64,000 nucleotides of DNA, from contig RDEW01000012.1 in assembly GCA_011109175.1 (NCBI GenBank), positions 1,215,220 through 1,279,219 of the forward strand. The letters are read 5' to 3'. The stretch's first letter is position 1. Each line of letters starts with the position of its first letter. The notes beneath the pieces are model-generated. The model worked only from the letters and a program-made list of their open reading frames with translations. It was not told the DNA's origin and searched no databases. This DNA comes from Dicyema japonicum (Eukaryota > Animalia > Dicyemida). Both the position numbers and the translations under genes were made by a program. Positions 1 through 12,900 of the stretch are shown here, piece after piece.

Positions 1-99
1 AAAATTATAAACAATAATACTAAATGACAATTTATACTTTTATATTTTATATTTCTTTTTTTATTTATTTTATTTAAATAAATAAACTAGTCAGTTTTT

Positions 100-1900
100 T
101 GGTTGTGTTATATCAGCTGAAATGAAAAATTACACAGATCACGATAGCACCAAACTAACTACAGTCAGACCCCGAATTGGGGCAGACCCCAGGGGTGGGG
201 CACCCTCGGATTTTGGGCATTTTTTTATTGGCCAACATTTGGCAGAGTAAATGGAAAATCGATAAAAAATATGGAAATTTTGGGCACTATAAAATTGTGG
301 GGAATGAAATTATAAGTAAAAAATTATATTTTATTAATAAATATATAATTTTAATTTACACGTTCATTTACATTTCTGTTGTGAATGGTTATCAACTACG
401 AAACAAAATTAACGATTGCTAAATTGATATTGAAGAACAAATCATCTGAAAGACAGATAATTAAAAAATACAAAATTAGTAAAGGCATGATTTCGCGAAT
501 AAAAAAAAACAATTGTACCTTTTCTTGAACAAGTACTATAAACACGGATGAGGAAACTATGCTTATTGTGAGAAATCTAAATTCAATAATCAAGTTTTTG
601 AAATATTTCATAACTACGCGAAGATAAGGTTCCAATATCAGGTCCTTTCATAAAGAAAATTGCTTTATATACGGCTTCAAAAATTGGATTTGATACTTTC
701 AAAGCTTCAAACGGCTGGCTTGACAGATTTAAAATGCTGGATGACTGGAAATATTTTTATGAGCTGGTTGACTCGGATAAATGAAAGATTTTATACAATC
801 AACAGAAAAGTATTAATATTGCTTGATAATGCGAGATGTCATAAAACTATTGAATGCTCTATATTGAGTTTTTATTTTTGCCAAAAAATACAAAACGTAT
901 TTGCAACGATTGGATATGGGAATTATCAAGACTTTAAAGATTATTACTCAAATTATCTGATTCAGTATTTGTGTTTTGAGGAGGATGATGATGAATTCAA
1001 ACGGTTGATAAACAAAATAAACTTCGTCATGTAATGCTGCTAATTTCTAAAAGCTGGGAAAAACTTGATCCAAGTTTAATATTTAATTGTCGGAATCAAA
1101 TTGAAAAGATTTGTGATTCTCTAAAAATTGAAGATACCATTACAGAAGAAATGATCAACAATGCCGTAGACGAAACATTGAATGGGAAAGTGACGAATTC
1201 GTTGATAATATTTACAACGAAAGTTTAGAAAAATAACATGGAAACAATTCTAAGAGAAACGCAAGATTCTCTTGATCAGTTAGAGAAGAAAATTTTTTAC
1301 ATATCTCCTGAAATGCTCAAAGAATTTTTCGATTTTCGACTTAATTTTATAAAAAATGTAAGAAGTAAAAGGATAACTGGGGATAAATTAACTGATTATT
1401 TTTCTAAAATTGATTTTTGATGTTTAAAATCTCTGTTTTATTAAACCCCTGTTTTTGGGGCACTTGGTGCCCAATTCGGGGTCGGACTGTACTCACGTGA
1501 TCCCTGCACGCTCTAACAGAGACTTCAACTTAGCAACGATGTTCTTCCTCGAACTCACACAAGCATGTATCACTCATACAACCGGATGCTCGTAGTCATA
1601 CTGGCTCGTTTCATGAGGATTAGGAAAATCTACAGGAAATGGAGAGGGGACCTTTCCAGAAGTCCTTTTCAATTTATATCAGCAAGCTCTATCTTCCAGT
1701 TATGCACTGAAAATAGCATATGCTTTTTTTCTCTCTCTCTAGATTTGCACTTTCCTTTTAAGAGGATCGAGCGTATAAACTTTCTCAAACAGAAAACCAT
1801 CGTGTGTGATTGGCTTGAGTACGATTCTCACATTTCTACCTATAAATTGACCCGCAGCTGGTTGAAGGCCGTCGGTCTCATACTGCTAACGAGAGGAGGA
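100..1900 (-). mobile_element. 5'-truncated I/Jockey-group LINE 3' end, interrupted by the pogo element
   Basis: The minus strand ends LKSLLERAGIT*, matching the C-terminus of the LINE at 42190 (RILVERIGIT*). The 3' UTR motif is split by the TA-flanked pogo insertion. Confidence 0.6.
162..1489 (+). mobile_element. pogo/Tigger-like DNA transposon, degraded transposase (CENP-B HTH + DDE_1)
   Basis: TIRs CAGTCAGACCCCGAATTGGG (162) and reverse complement CAGTCCGACCCCGAATTGGG (ending 1489), both flanked by TA. Internal remnants include KKYKISKGMISRIKK, FKASNGWLDRFK and KVLILLDNARCHK, with stops and frameshifts. Confidence 0.85.
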
Positions 1901-1989
1901 GAACTACCGGGAAAAATTTGGCACGATTTTTTTTGAATTAAATTTTATAAATTAAATTTAATTATTCATTTAATCACAGAACGCTGGAT

Positions 1990-2530
1990 TTCTGGAGAGT
2001 TCCAGCCACCATTGCCACTTGAAGCCTTATACGAATGAACCATGGAACGCATCGTCGTGACTGCGAATACCCAGTCACTCGACCGATGGAAATTCCATGA
2101 CGTTTGCGGAACCAATGATCTCATAAGCCTTGAGGATTTGCGTTTTCCAATCTCTCGGAGAACACCTCCAGTGACAAGCCAGCCAAACACGAAGTTTCAA
2201 ATGTATTGGGACGAAACTGAAATGGTCTCAAGCGCAGAATATCTACCAAGCTCGGCAAGTCAGCATTAGGGCAGTCTGAGGTTGTCATCCCGTCTGGTCT
2301 TCTCTCATCTCCTCGATCGAGTAACAGACTCGATGATTGAAGGGAAATCAGCGTCTTCAAGACCAAATTTAATAATATCATTTAAGTTCGCTTTGCCTGG
2401 GAAATCTTCCAGGCTCTTCTTTCAGAAGAGAGGGTGGATTCCCTTCCGATCAATCATCATTCCACATCGACATCGGTGAGCCTCACAGACATCTGAACCA
2501 AGGAGATATGAGATGCAATACGAAAACTCT
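1990..2530 (-). mobile_element. nested CRE-clade (zinc knuckle + RLE) fragment and probable RTE 3' fragment
   Basis: Minus strand gives CEAHRCRCG..GIHPLF..NLNDIIKFGLEDADFPSIIE and GDERRPDGMT (CRE-type PD-D/E nuclease). An RTE-like C-terminal remnant follows. Confidence 0.55.
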
Positions 2531-3633
2531 CATTTTCTAACAAAATCCATACTCCAGGGAATGAGTAGGCATTTGTCCGAAAACCACCGTCATAGCCAGA
2601 ATGAAAAAAGTAAGGTGATACCAGCCTCCCTCAGAAGTCTTCACATGTTCGGATTTGACCGAAGTTTCGTCGGGGAAAACTCCTCTGGATCGTTGTTGAC
2701 TAATGGTCATTTTTGGGTAATTTTGGATCTGATGCCACCATAGACGGTGAAACACATGCTGCATACTATTAATTCAACCTCCCTGGAGCCAAAAAGGAAG
2801 AGGGGTAAGAGAAGAAACAAGCAAATCTTCAACTCAAGTAGCTACACCAAATTTGGTACCACGGGCCGACTCTTCCATTTAAAGAAGTAGTAATTTAGAC
2901 TCATTTTAAGAACCCACAAGAATATTAAGTCAACGTGAAGTTTTTTTAAATTAAAATAAAATAAACAATTAAATAAGTCATAATTAATTAATTTTTTTCC
3001 ACATCAAAGTTTTCACATGAAAGTGTCCTTTTCATTTCTACGTCAATCCTACAAATTGCTCAAAAATCTGAGGGTGTTCCAAAAACCGAGGTGTGGTTTT
3101 CTCCGAATCGAGTCGGATTGTACTAGTAATTGTGTTAAAAATAACCTTACATTGTCAGTCCCTTAATTTACACAATCAACTGTTCAAGAGGCAATGAGAA
3201 GGATTAGACAGAAAATATTAGACATCAATTAGAAGTACTTTTAGTTTTCAAGATTAAGTCCCTTATGAGATTAAATTTATTAGACAAGGAAGGAGTAAAT
3301 AATGTAAAAGAGATCGTTGAAATTCTAAAAATTAAAAAACTCTGATATACAGAAAATGGTAGAGTTAATGCCTAATTAATGTATATCCAGTCCCCACGGA
3401 CCAATAAGGCGCGGCCTTTCAAGCATTACGTCCTCAATGCGAAACCCGTAAGTGGAAGAGGTAACAGAGTGATCTTCTTAGGATGCCGTCCAGGGACTGT
3501 GGGTCTCTGAGAAAGGATGATAGTTCTAATAGTATTTAAAGTCATCATAAGCCTCAGATTTATCAGCCGATTATCTATAATAAAACTTGAGAATGAAGCG
3601 CTATGATACCACGAATTGCCATCCTTGGGAACT

Positions 3634-3647
3634 GTTTCCATGACAAC
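3634..3647 (+). promoter_or_regulatory. RFX X-box upstream of the axonemal dynein gene
   Basis: GTTTCCATGACAAC fits the RTHNYY-WT-RRNRAC X-box consensus exactly and lies about 260 bp upstream of the dynein ATG. Confidence 0.6.
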
Positions 3648-3907
3648 TCTGCTTCTGATTCCATGGAGATTAACGAACAAATAAAACCCATTATATTTCC
3701 TTTACTAATAGTTTTGACAATTTTCTGCTGTGTTCGGTATTATAAAAACCAAATTATTGAATATTACTCCACTTCCTAGACAGTTGTTATCAATATTTAG
3801 AACGAATGGAAGACACAAGACCTTCTGACGAGGTATCCCCTCCGTTGATCAACTCTGGTGAAAAAAACAGAACCAAAAGAGTAAAAAATTAATAAATTTT
3901 AACAAAA

Positions 3908-6900
3908 ATGAGCGATGTGTTACTTTTAGCCATTTAAGAGCATTACTTCATTGGACGGTAACAAAGACTTTATTCGCAACTTCAAGCAAATCAAGGACGA
4001 CCGAAGATCCTCGGTTAGCATTTGGGTGACTTTAATAGATGGACGAGAGACACAAATACATGCTAAACCAAGTAACCACTAGTTTCTAACAAACAAGCTC
4101 GTATTATGCTCCGGACTCGACTATAATACAGTTGAAGATTGTTTAGTGGGAGATTCTGAATTTGAGATTTTTTCTGAATTCTTTTCCAAAGGGGGACCAC
4201 TTAAAATGACATTTATCCACAATGATACAGCCGAGAAGGGGAAACAAATAAGGATTTTCAGAGACGCCATTGACGTAGGGTCATAAAGCTATCTTAGACG
4301 ATCGAAGGCTTCTGCTACGTCTTTATAAAGGACAGGAAGGACATCACCAATTCTAACATTGCCCAGGAAGTGATGTTTACCATGTTTGAAAGCAGTCCCG
4401 AAGAGTTCCTCACTAGTGTAACCACCTTGCTTACTGAGCTTTACATTCCCGTAGTGAAATGCAACGAAGTAACCGTTTTCTATAATTTCAGGACTTGAAA
4501 AAAATAACCTCCTGTCCAGGGATTGCAGACGAGTTGGTAGAAAACCTCGAAGACTTTGTAAAGAACCTATCCTCTGTTGGGAGGCCATCGTCTAAGAAGG
4601 AAATTCTTAACATGGACAAAGTTAACGAAGCACTCGGGCAGTATACGACGCCTAAAACATATTCCAGTGCTGGTAGTGATTTAAAAATCATTATATAGCC
4701 GCAAAGAGTGACCTTGTTGAACTCGTAGAAAAAGAGGTCGGAATTTGGATGAAAAGGATCGAACAGACTTTGGCGGAGAACGAACAGATGAGACAAGAGA
4801 CTGACGACGTTGGGCCCACAGCTGAACTGAATTATTGGAAGGGAAGAATGACTATCTTTAGTGGGTTAACTTGGGGTTTCTATATTACTAGATTACTCGA
4901 ACAAATCACAACGTTTGAGTGTGTCAGAGCCTTGCTGGTTTTGAAGCTTGCAAAATCGAAATTTTTGCCAAAATGGCATAAACTGGTAGAAATATATTTG
5001 ACTTTACAGGAACTCAAAATAATCACGTCTTCCAACGAAGCGAAGAGCAACGTAAAGTTTCTTTATACTTTGGAAAAATACTTTGGTCCCCTTGGGAGAG
5101 CCAATCCAGTTTGATATTACTTACCCTATAAATAGGCAAAACTGGTGGAGATTATTCCCGGAGTGATAAATTCAGTCAAAATGATATACTCCGTTTCTCA
5201 ATATTACAACACGGCAGAACGGATTACATCGTTGTTTGTGAAGATTACGAATCAAATGATCGCTTGCTGTAAATGCTACCTCAGGGGAGATGATACTAAA
5301 ATATGGGATCAGCCAAAGTGGGGGAAAGATGTATAGCTTTAGGGATGAGCTGATCAAAAAAATTAACGAATGCATCCACCTGAAGGATTCCTATCATAAA
5401 TACTACCAAAGAACAAAGGAGGCTCTTAAGGCTGACGAAAGTGAGAAGCAGTTTGAGTTTAGGTAAAAATATTAAAAACTAAAAATAGTGAAAACTACAT
5501 TTTCGGAAAGATTGACGCCTTCTGTAAAAGACTGACGATGATTGTCGAGGTGATTGAAACAATCCATGCCTACTCGGGGATCAATTCTATAAAGGCTGAC
5601 GGATTCGATTCAATCGTCGTCAGATTTAAGGCAGTTACGGACATTATCTATAAAAAGTCCTATGACATTTTGGATCAGAGAAAAAATGAGGTAAAAAATA
5701 ATCGCCAACTTAGTTTAAAATTGACTTTGCAGAATTTCAGGCGAATATAAACCAGATAAAGCAAAATATCGAGAATTTCCTAAGTGGGTGGATATCTCGT
5801 CCTTTATCTGTGATAAATGTATTAATTTCCAAGGTCGACAAATCATTGGAATTGGTGGGTAAATTTGTTGGCTTGAAGGAGCTTGATCTTCACAGACTTT
5901 ATTCAGAGATATTCTCGAACTATGAGAGGGAGTTGGAGCAAACGAGAAGAATATATGAAAAGAATTGCCGAGATCCTCCACTTTTGCGATTCCACCCTCC
6001 GACCGTTAGTCGGATCCTTTGGGCGAGACAACTCTTCAGAAGAATAGAAGGGCCAATGAACGCATTTAAGGGAATTCCTAAATTTTTGGAAGTTTGATAA
6101 AAATACTATTTAGAACCCCGAATACCGTGAAAGTATTATTATGTACAACAAAATCGCTTCAGTTTTGATAGAATACGAGGTTTCCATTTCCAAAATATTC
6201 AAAGATTCAAAGCTTCAATAAATGGCACGAGAATGTGGCGAAACTGAAAGATACTCTTTATTCGAGTTTGTTGATGAAGACTGGCAAGACATATTCTGTG
6301 AACTTCAACTACCGGATTCTTGAGTTGCTTCACGAGGGAAGTTACATGGTGGACATTGGACTCGACATTCCGAAGGAAATCGAAACAATCTGTGCAAGAA
6401 AAATTCAAATAAAAAACACTCTGTCAAAGTTTACTCCACCAAATTATTTCAGGCTTCAGGATATGCTGACGTCCTATAAAAACGTAATAAATTCGGTACC
6501 CCGACTTTTGATGGAGCCAGTGAAGCCTTTTATCGAAAAAATTCGTGGACTGATGGATTTCGGGACCACGTCACTAAATTGGCAATCACTAAACGTCGAC
6601 TCTTGTAAATTTGAAATTTGAATATTTTTAGATAGAACCAAAGTTATGGATATGATATCGAACTTTCAACAGCTGATAAAGGAAGCCGACGACATTCTCA
6701 TCTACAGAATCGAAAAAGTATTCGAAGACATTGGGGGGACTAAATTATTCGAGACTAACCTATCCGAGCCAATCAACGTGGACAGCTTCCTAGAAAACAG
6801 TAGAACCAGTTGCAGCAAAATTTCCAAAGAACTTAAAAAGTCGACCCTTATGTCATGTTAGGAAAACTTTGATGGTCGAGGAAGCCGTGAAAGAGCTGGT

Positions 6901-9900
6901 CGCCTTGCTGATTGATAAAATGGATTTGAAAGATAAGGTCGACCTCTCTTCGGATGGAATATGTCAAAAATCTGACATGACCGAACACCTGAGTCGAGTT
7001 TACTACAATCTTTTGAATTACTTCGTCCAAAAAAATACAGACATGTTCATAAAATGTTCAATTTCCGTTATATTTATTCAGGCACAAAGTCATCATTAGA
7101 TTGCCTGCGGAAGAAGTTACAGACTACAAGCGGAAGCTATCATCGATCCGAGTGATAGTTCCCCCTTTTTCATCGCTGATATTGTCTTTGCCTTGCCTCA
7201 GATTGTTGTGAGTCCGACCGTCGAGGAAACCCAATCTCACATTCAAAAAATCGTCCAAAGTATATTTGACGGGATCAACTCCCTCCCAACGTGGAGTCAC
7301 TTTTATTTACAGCAAGAAATCCAAAGAAGAGTACTTCATATGGCTAATGAATAGGATCATGAATCTCAAATGAATGAAGAGACCGAAGAGCAGGTGATCT
7401 CTCAATACACCGGGAAAACAATCCACAAACAAATCATCGAAAATAAGGAAATTAGTAAAACAATCAATCTCCTAAACTCCACAATATCCCTATACAAGCC
7501 ATTTATTGAGGACACCTTAAGCAGTCTTGAAAAATACTCCCATCTCTGGAATCAGGTGTTGTCACATGGTAATCAAGTAGGAGATATCCACGGTGGTTGG
7601 TGAGTTCAGTGGTAGCAACAAATCAACATCAGACTTTGGATATCAAATATCGTACTATGAAGTAAATCAGTGGGTTATTGGTAGGCCTTGGAAAAAGAAA
7701 TCGAGGAGATGAAACCAACTATACACGTGGGACCTTTGATATTAAAGACTGAGAAACTGAAACAAGGCTTAATCAGTGAATGTTCGCGTTGGAAATTTGA
7801 ATATGCCAAAAGTTTGAATGATCGATGTGCAAAGAAAATGACCGAGCTGTTCGATTACTTCACAAATACGTCTAAGCATTTATCAAGACCCATTAAAGTT
7901 CAACTTTGTACGACTTTTACAGGATCTTGACGACATTCGAAGCCATATGGGGACTTTAATAGAACTCAGGGAATCTGAAATTGACATCGAGTTTAGCATG
8001 ACTCCAATCGAAGAGGCCTACGCCATCCTCCATAAACATCAAATCAGTTTCAACGATGGAAATGCCGAGAAAATAGATTCATTGAGCTACAACTGGAAGA
8101 AACTGATTTCCCAAGTAAAAATGGCTTGACCATGAATAGTCTAAAGAAGTGAATGAAACGCTGTTGGAACTGCAGCCAAAATTCAGGGAAGAGCTGATCA
8201 ATGGCTCTGAAATTTTTCGGAAGGACGAGTCCGAATATATTGATTTTTACGACAACAAGTTGATTTTAGGTAATTTGTGTTAGAGGACCAATGGAGAAAG
8301 GGATCACTCCGAGGGAAGCAAGTGACCGGCTTACAGTTTTCCAAGCACGTTTTGATGAACTCTGGAATAAATATATTACATATAATGGAGGAGAGGAGCT
8401 TTTTGGAATGGCAATAACTGAGTACCCTGAACTCCAAAGAGTCAAAAGGGAGTTGAATCTGCTGCAAAAGCTATACGGACTTTACAATTCTGTTCTCGAG
8501 ACTGTCAACGGCTATTATGACATAGCCTGGACTGATATTGACATTGAAAAAATCAACACTGAACTGATTGAGTTCCAAAACAAGTAATCTTTGATCAAGT
8601 GACCTCAGATGTCGCAAACTCCCAAGGGTTTGAAGGAATGGGAGGCGTACGAAGAACTTAGAAAAACGATCGACGATTTTAATGAGACATGTCCCCTGTT
8701 GGAAATGATGAGCAATAAAGCAATGGTTTCTCGGCATTGGGAGAGACTGGATAACCTTACAGGGCATAAATTTGACGTTGAAGGAGACAACTTCATGCTG
8801 CGTGATTTGATGAAGGCCCCACTATTAAAGTATAAAGAAGACATTGAAGTTTGAATTCTAGCTGACTTGTAGGATATATGCATTTCCGCAGTCAAAGAAA
8901 AAGAAATCGAAGCCAAGCTGAAACAGGTCATTAACGACTGGAGCGTTCAATCTTTTTCTTTTGGAACTTTCAAGTCACGTGGAGAACTACTTTTAAAGGG
9001 TTTGAGTGTCAGAATTAGTTTAGGTGATACAACAGGCGAGTCGATCTCTTTTATGGAGGACAGCCTTATGGTGTTGAGTTCTCTACTAGGAAACAGGTAA
9101 TGTCCCCGCTATATGGTAGATACAATGCGCCCTTTAAACCCAAGATCAGCGAATGGGTCCAAAAATTAACCTCCACCACAGAAATTATAGAGAATTGGTT
9201 GATCGTGCAAAACTTGTGGGTTTACTTGGAAGCAGTGTTTGTCGGTGGAGATATAGCAAAACAACTCCCGCAGGCATAATTTTTTTGTATTTACTAAAAT
9301 AGGAAGCAAAAATGTTTTCGAATATCGACAAATCATGGCAAAAAATCATGCAGAGAGCTCACGAGGAAAGTAACATTGTTCAATGCTGTGTTGGGGACGA
9401 CACAATGATGCAGCTCCTCCCCCATCTTCTTGAACAATTAGAGATGTGCCAAAAATCTCTGACCGGATATTTAGAGAAAAAGAGACTTATTTTTTCAAGA
9501 TTTTTTTTCGTCTCGGATCCAGCGCTTCTTGAAATTCTTGGACAGGCAAGTGACCCCCACACAATTCAAGTTAATTTAAGAGCCATATTTTAGAATCATC
9601 TACTGAGTGTCTTTGATAACACAAAGGCAGTGACATTCGACCATAAAGTGTATGAAAAAATCACCCAGCTGCAATCACAGGAAGGTGAGATCATTGACCT
9701 CGAAAAACCCGTTATGGCGCAAGTTTTCAACATTTTTCCATTTCTAAGGGAAATGTGGAGATTTGGCTCGGAGATTTATTACGCGCTACTCGGTTGACGA
9801 TTCACTCAATAATTCGAACGGCAAATATTTCGATCCAAGACTCAAACTTCAACTTAATAGAATTCGAAAATAACTTTCCCGCCCAAGTATTACAAAGGGT

Positions 9901-12900
9901 TAACCCAATAGACCGGATTATTGGGACTTCAACTGATATGGACTAAGGGATCGGAAGAAGCCATAACAAACTCCCGAAATGACAAGAAGACAATGTCACA
10001 AACCGCCCAGAGATGGAACGATGTGTTGAATCAACTAATCAAAATAACGACTACTGATCTGACCAAGTTTGAGAGGACTAAATTCGAAACCCTCATCACA
10101 ATACACGTCCACCAAAAAGACATCTTCGACATTCTTGTATAATCCCTTCTTTATCAGGTCAAAATGCACGTTCGCTCAATAAACGACTTTGAATGGCTCA
10201 AACAGTCCCGATTTTATTTCCACGAAGATGACGATAAATGCGTAATTTCCATTACTGATGTCGATTTCTCCTACCAAAACGAATATTTAGGATGCACTGA
10301 TAGACTTGTCATTACTCCGTTAACGGATAGGTTGGTCGGTGTCTATATTTAAAGATGCTACATAACATTGGCTCAGGCTTTGGGAATGTCTTTGGGGGGT
10401 GCTCCAGCTGGACCCGCTGGAACCGGAAAAACTGAAACTACTAAAGACATGGGGAGATGTCTTGGAAAATATGTCGTTGTCTTTAATTGCTCTGATCAAA
10501 TGGACTTCCGTGGACTTGGAAGGATATATAAAGGATTGGCACAGTCAGGATCCTGGGGATGTTTTGATGAGTTCAATCGAATCGAATTACCGGTTTTATC
10601 GGTCGCAGCTCAACAAATCGCGATTGTCTTATCGGCAAAAAAAGAGAGAAAACACCAATTCATCTTCACCGACGGAGATCTTGTTGACTTGGATCCCGAA
10701 TTCGGTCTCTTTTTAACGATGGTATTATTACACTTAATTTGAGAACCCCGGATACGCTGGACGACAGGAATTACCAGAAAATTTGAAAATAAACTTCAGA
10801 ACTGTCGCAATGATGGTCCCCGACAGAGGAATCATTATGCGAGTCAAACTAGCCAGTGCTGGATTTGTTCAGAATGTGGTCCTCTCTAAAAAATTCTTCA
10901 CATTATACAAGTTATGTGAGGAACAGTTGAGTAAACAGGTAATTTTGGTTTCGAAAAAATTAGGTTCACTACGATTTTGGATTGCGGAATATTCTGTCAG
11001 TTTTGAGAACTCTGGGGGCGTTCAAACGAGGAAATCCTCAAGATTCTGAGCCAACAATTGTTATGAGAGTTCTTAGAGATATGAATGTCTCCAAACTGGT
11101 GGACGAGGATGAACCTCTTTTCATGTCTCTTATTGACGACCTTTTCCCAGGAATGCAACTGGACAAGGCTGGGTACCCAGAGATAGAGAGTGCAATTGCA
11201 GATCAAGTACTCGCCCGATCAAATTTGTAGGTTGAAAAGGAAGGGCTCATAAATCATGCTCCGTGGACTCTTAAGCTGATTCAATTGTATGAGACACAAC
11301 GTGTTCGCCACGGAATGATGGCACTTGGTCCTTCTGGGGCGGGGAAGTCAAAATGCATAAAAATCCTAATGAAAGCGATGACTCAGTGTGGAGTTGTTCA
11401 TAAGGAAATGAGAATGAATCCAAAAGCGATTACAGCTCCACAAATGTTCGGGAGACTCGACGTGGCTACGAACGACTGGACTGACGGAATATTTAGCACA
11501 TTGTGGAGAAAGACGCTTAAAGCCAAAAAAGTTTATTTCACTGTAAGTGTGCAGGGAGATCACATTTGGCTTATTTTGGACGGACCCGTTGACGCAATTT
11601 GGATTGAAAATCTCAATTCTGTCCTCGATGACAACAAAACCTTGACTTTGGCTAATGGAGACAGAATAACAATGTCCCCCACCTGCAAGATAATATTCGA
11701 AGTGCACAATATCGACAATGCGTCCCCTGCCACTGTCTCAAGGAATGGAATGGTTTACATGAGCTCATCAATCATGGATTGGGAGCCAATTTTGAAAGGT
11801 AAATCCAAATTGTCATTCAAACAGCCTGGTTATTAACACGACCAGCAGCCCAATCAGAAATAATATTTCAGTCCTTGAAAAATGTTTGGTCGGAATGTCT
11901 CTGCTATGTAAAACAAAATTTAGTCTCAAAGATGGAGGTTGTCCACTTCACTAACCTAGATTTTGGATTGCAACTACATCAATCAGTTTATCAATATTCT
12001 TAACGGAATGCTGCCGACAAGCGAAGAAGCCAAATCTGTCACTCAAAAGCAAATTGAGTCATCTATCTTTTTCTCGATTATGTGGTCTTTGGGGTCACTT
12101 CTTGAAATCCCTGATCGTTATAAAGTTCATTGGAGTGCATATTTTTAGTTGGAAGAGTACATCAAAGAAAATCACACGTCACTGTCAATTCCCACGTGTG
12201 ATAAGGAATCTACAATTTTTGAGTATGTCCCCGACAACGAAGGGAATTGGATTCACTGGGAATCGAGAGTTCGTTCAATTTGGTAATATTAGGTAAATGC
12301 GTACAACTACCCCAAGGATTCAGTGCCTGAATACGTTTCGATTTTGATCCCCAACGTTGACAATACGCGGACTGATTTTTTGATAAATATAATTTCCAAA
12401 CAAGCAAAGTCCGTGCTTCTAATAGGAGAACAAGTAAATAGATAGGCTCATAATTAGGGGACTGCCAAGACAGTGATGGTGCAAGGATATTGCAACAAAT
12501 TTGATCCCGAACAGCACATGTTCAAGAGCATGAATTTTTCTAACGCTACAACCCCGCTAATGTTCCAGGTTTGAATGTGATCCTTATTATTCAGAGAAAC
12601 GTCGAAAGTTACGTTGAGAAAAGAATGGGAACCACGTATGGTCCCCCTGCTGGAAGAAAAATGACAGTTTTCATTGACGACATTAATATGCCAATAATTA
12701 ATGAGTGGGGAGATCAGGTTCACTTTTCTTGAGGATTTAAGATTACCAATGAAATAACGCGGCAAACTATGGAACAGAATGGGTTTTATAATCTCGAAAA
12801 GCCCGGGGAATTTACGACCATTTTGGACGTTCAGTTTATTGCTGCAATGATTCATCCCGGAGGAGGTCGAAATGACATTCCACAGCGATTAAAGAGACAA

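Noticed and set aside
4577-4600. In-frame GT..AG 24-mer (VGRPSSKK) as an intron
   Set aside because: Spacing to the next conserved Trp matches DNAH5, as recalled, only if the segment is kept as exon.
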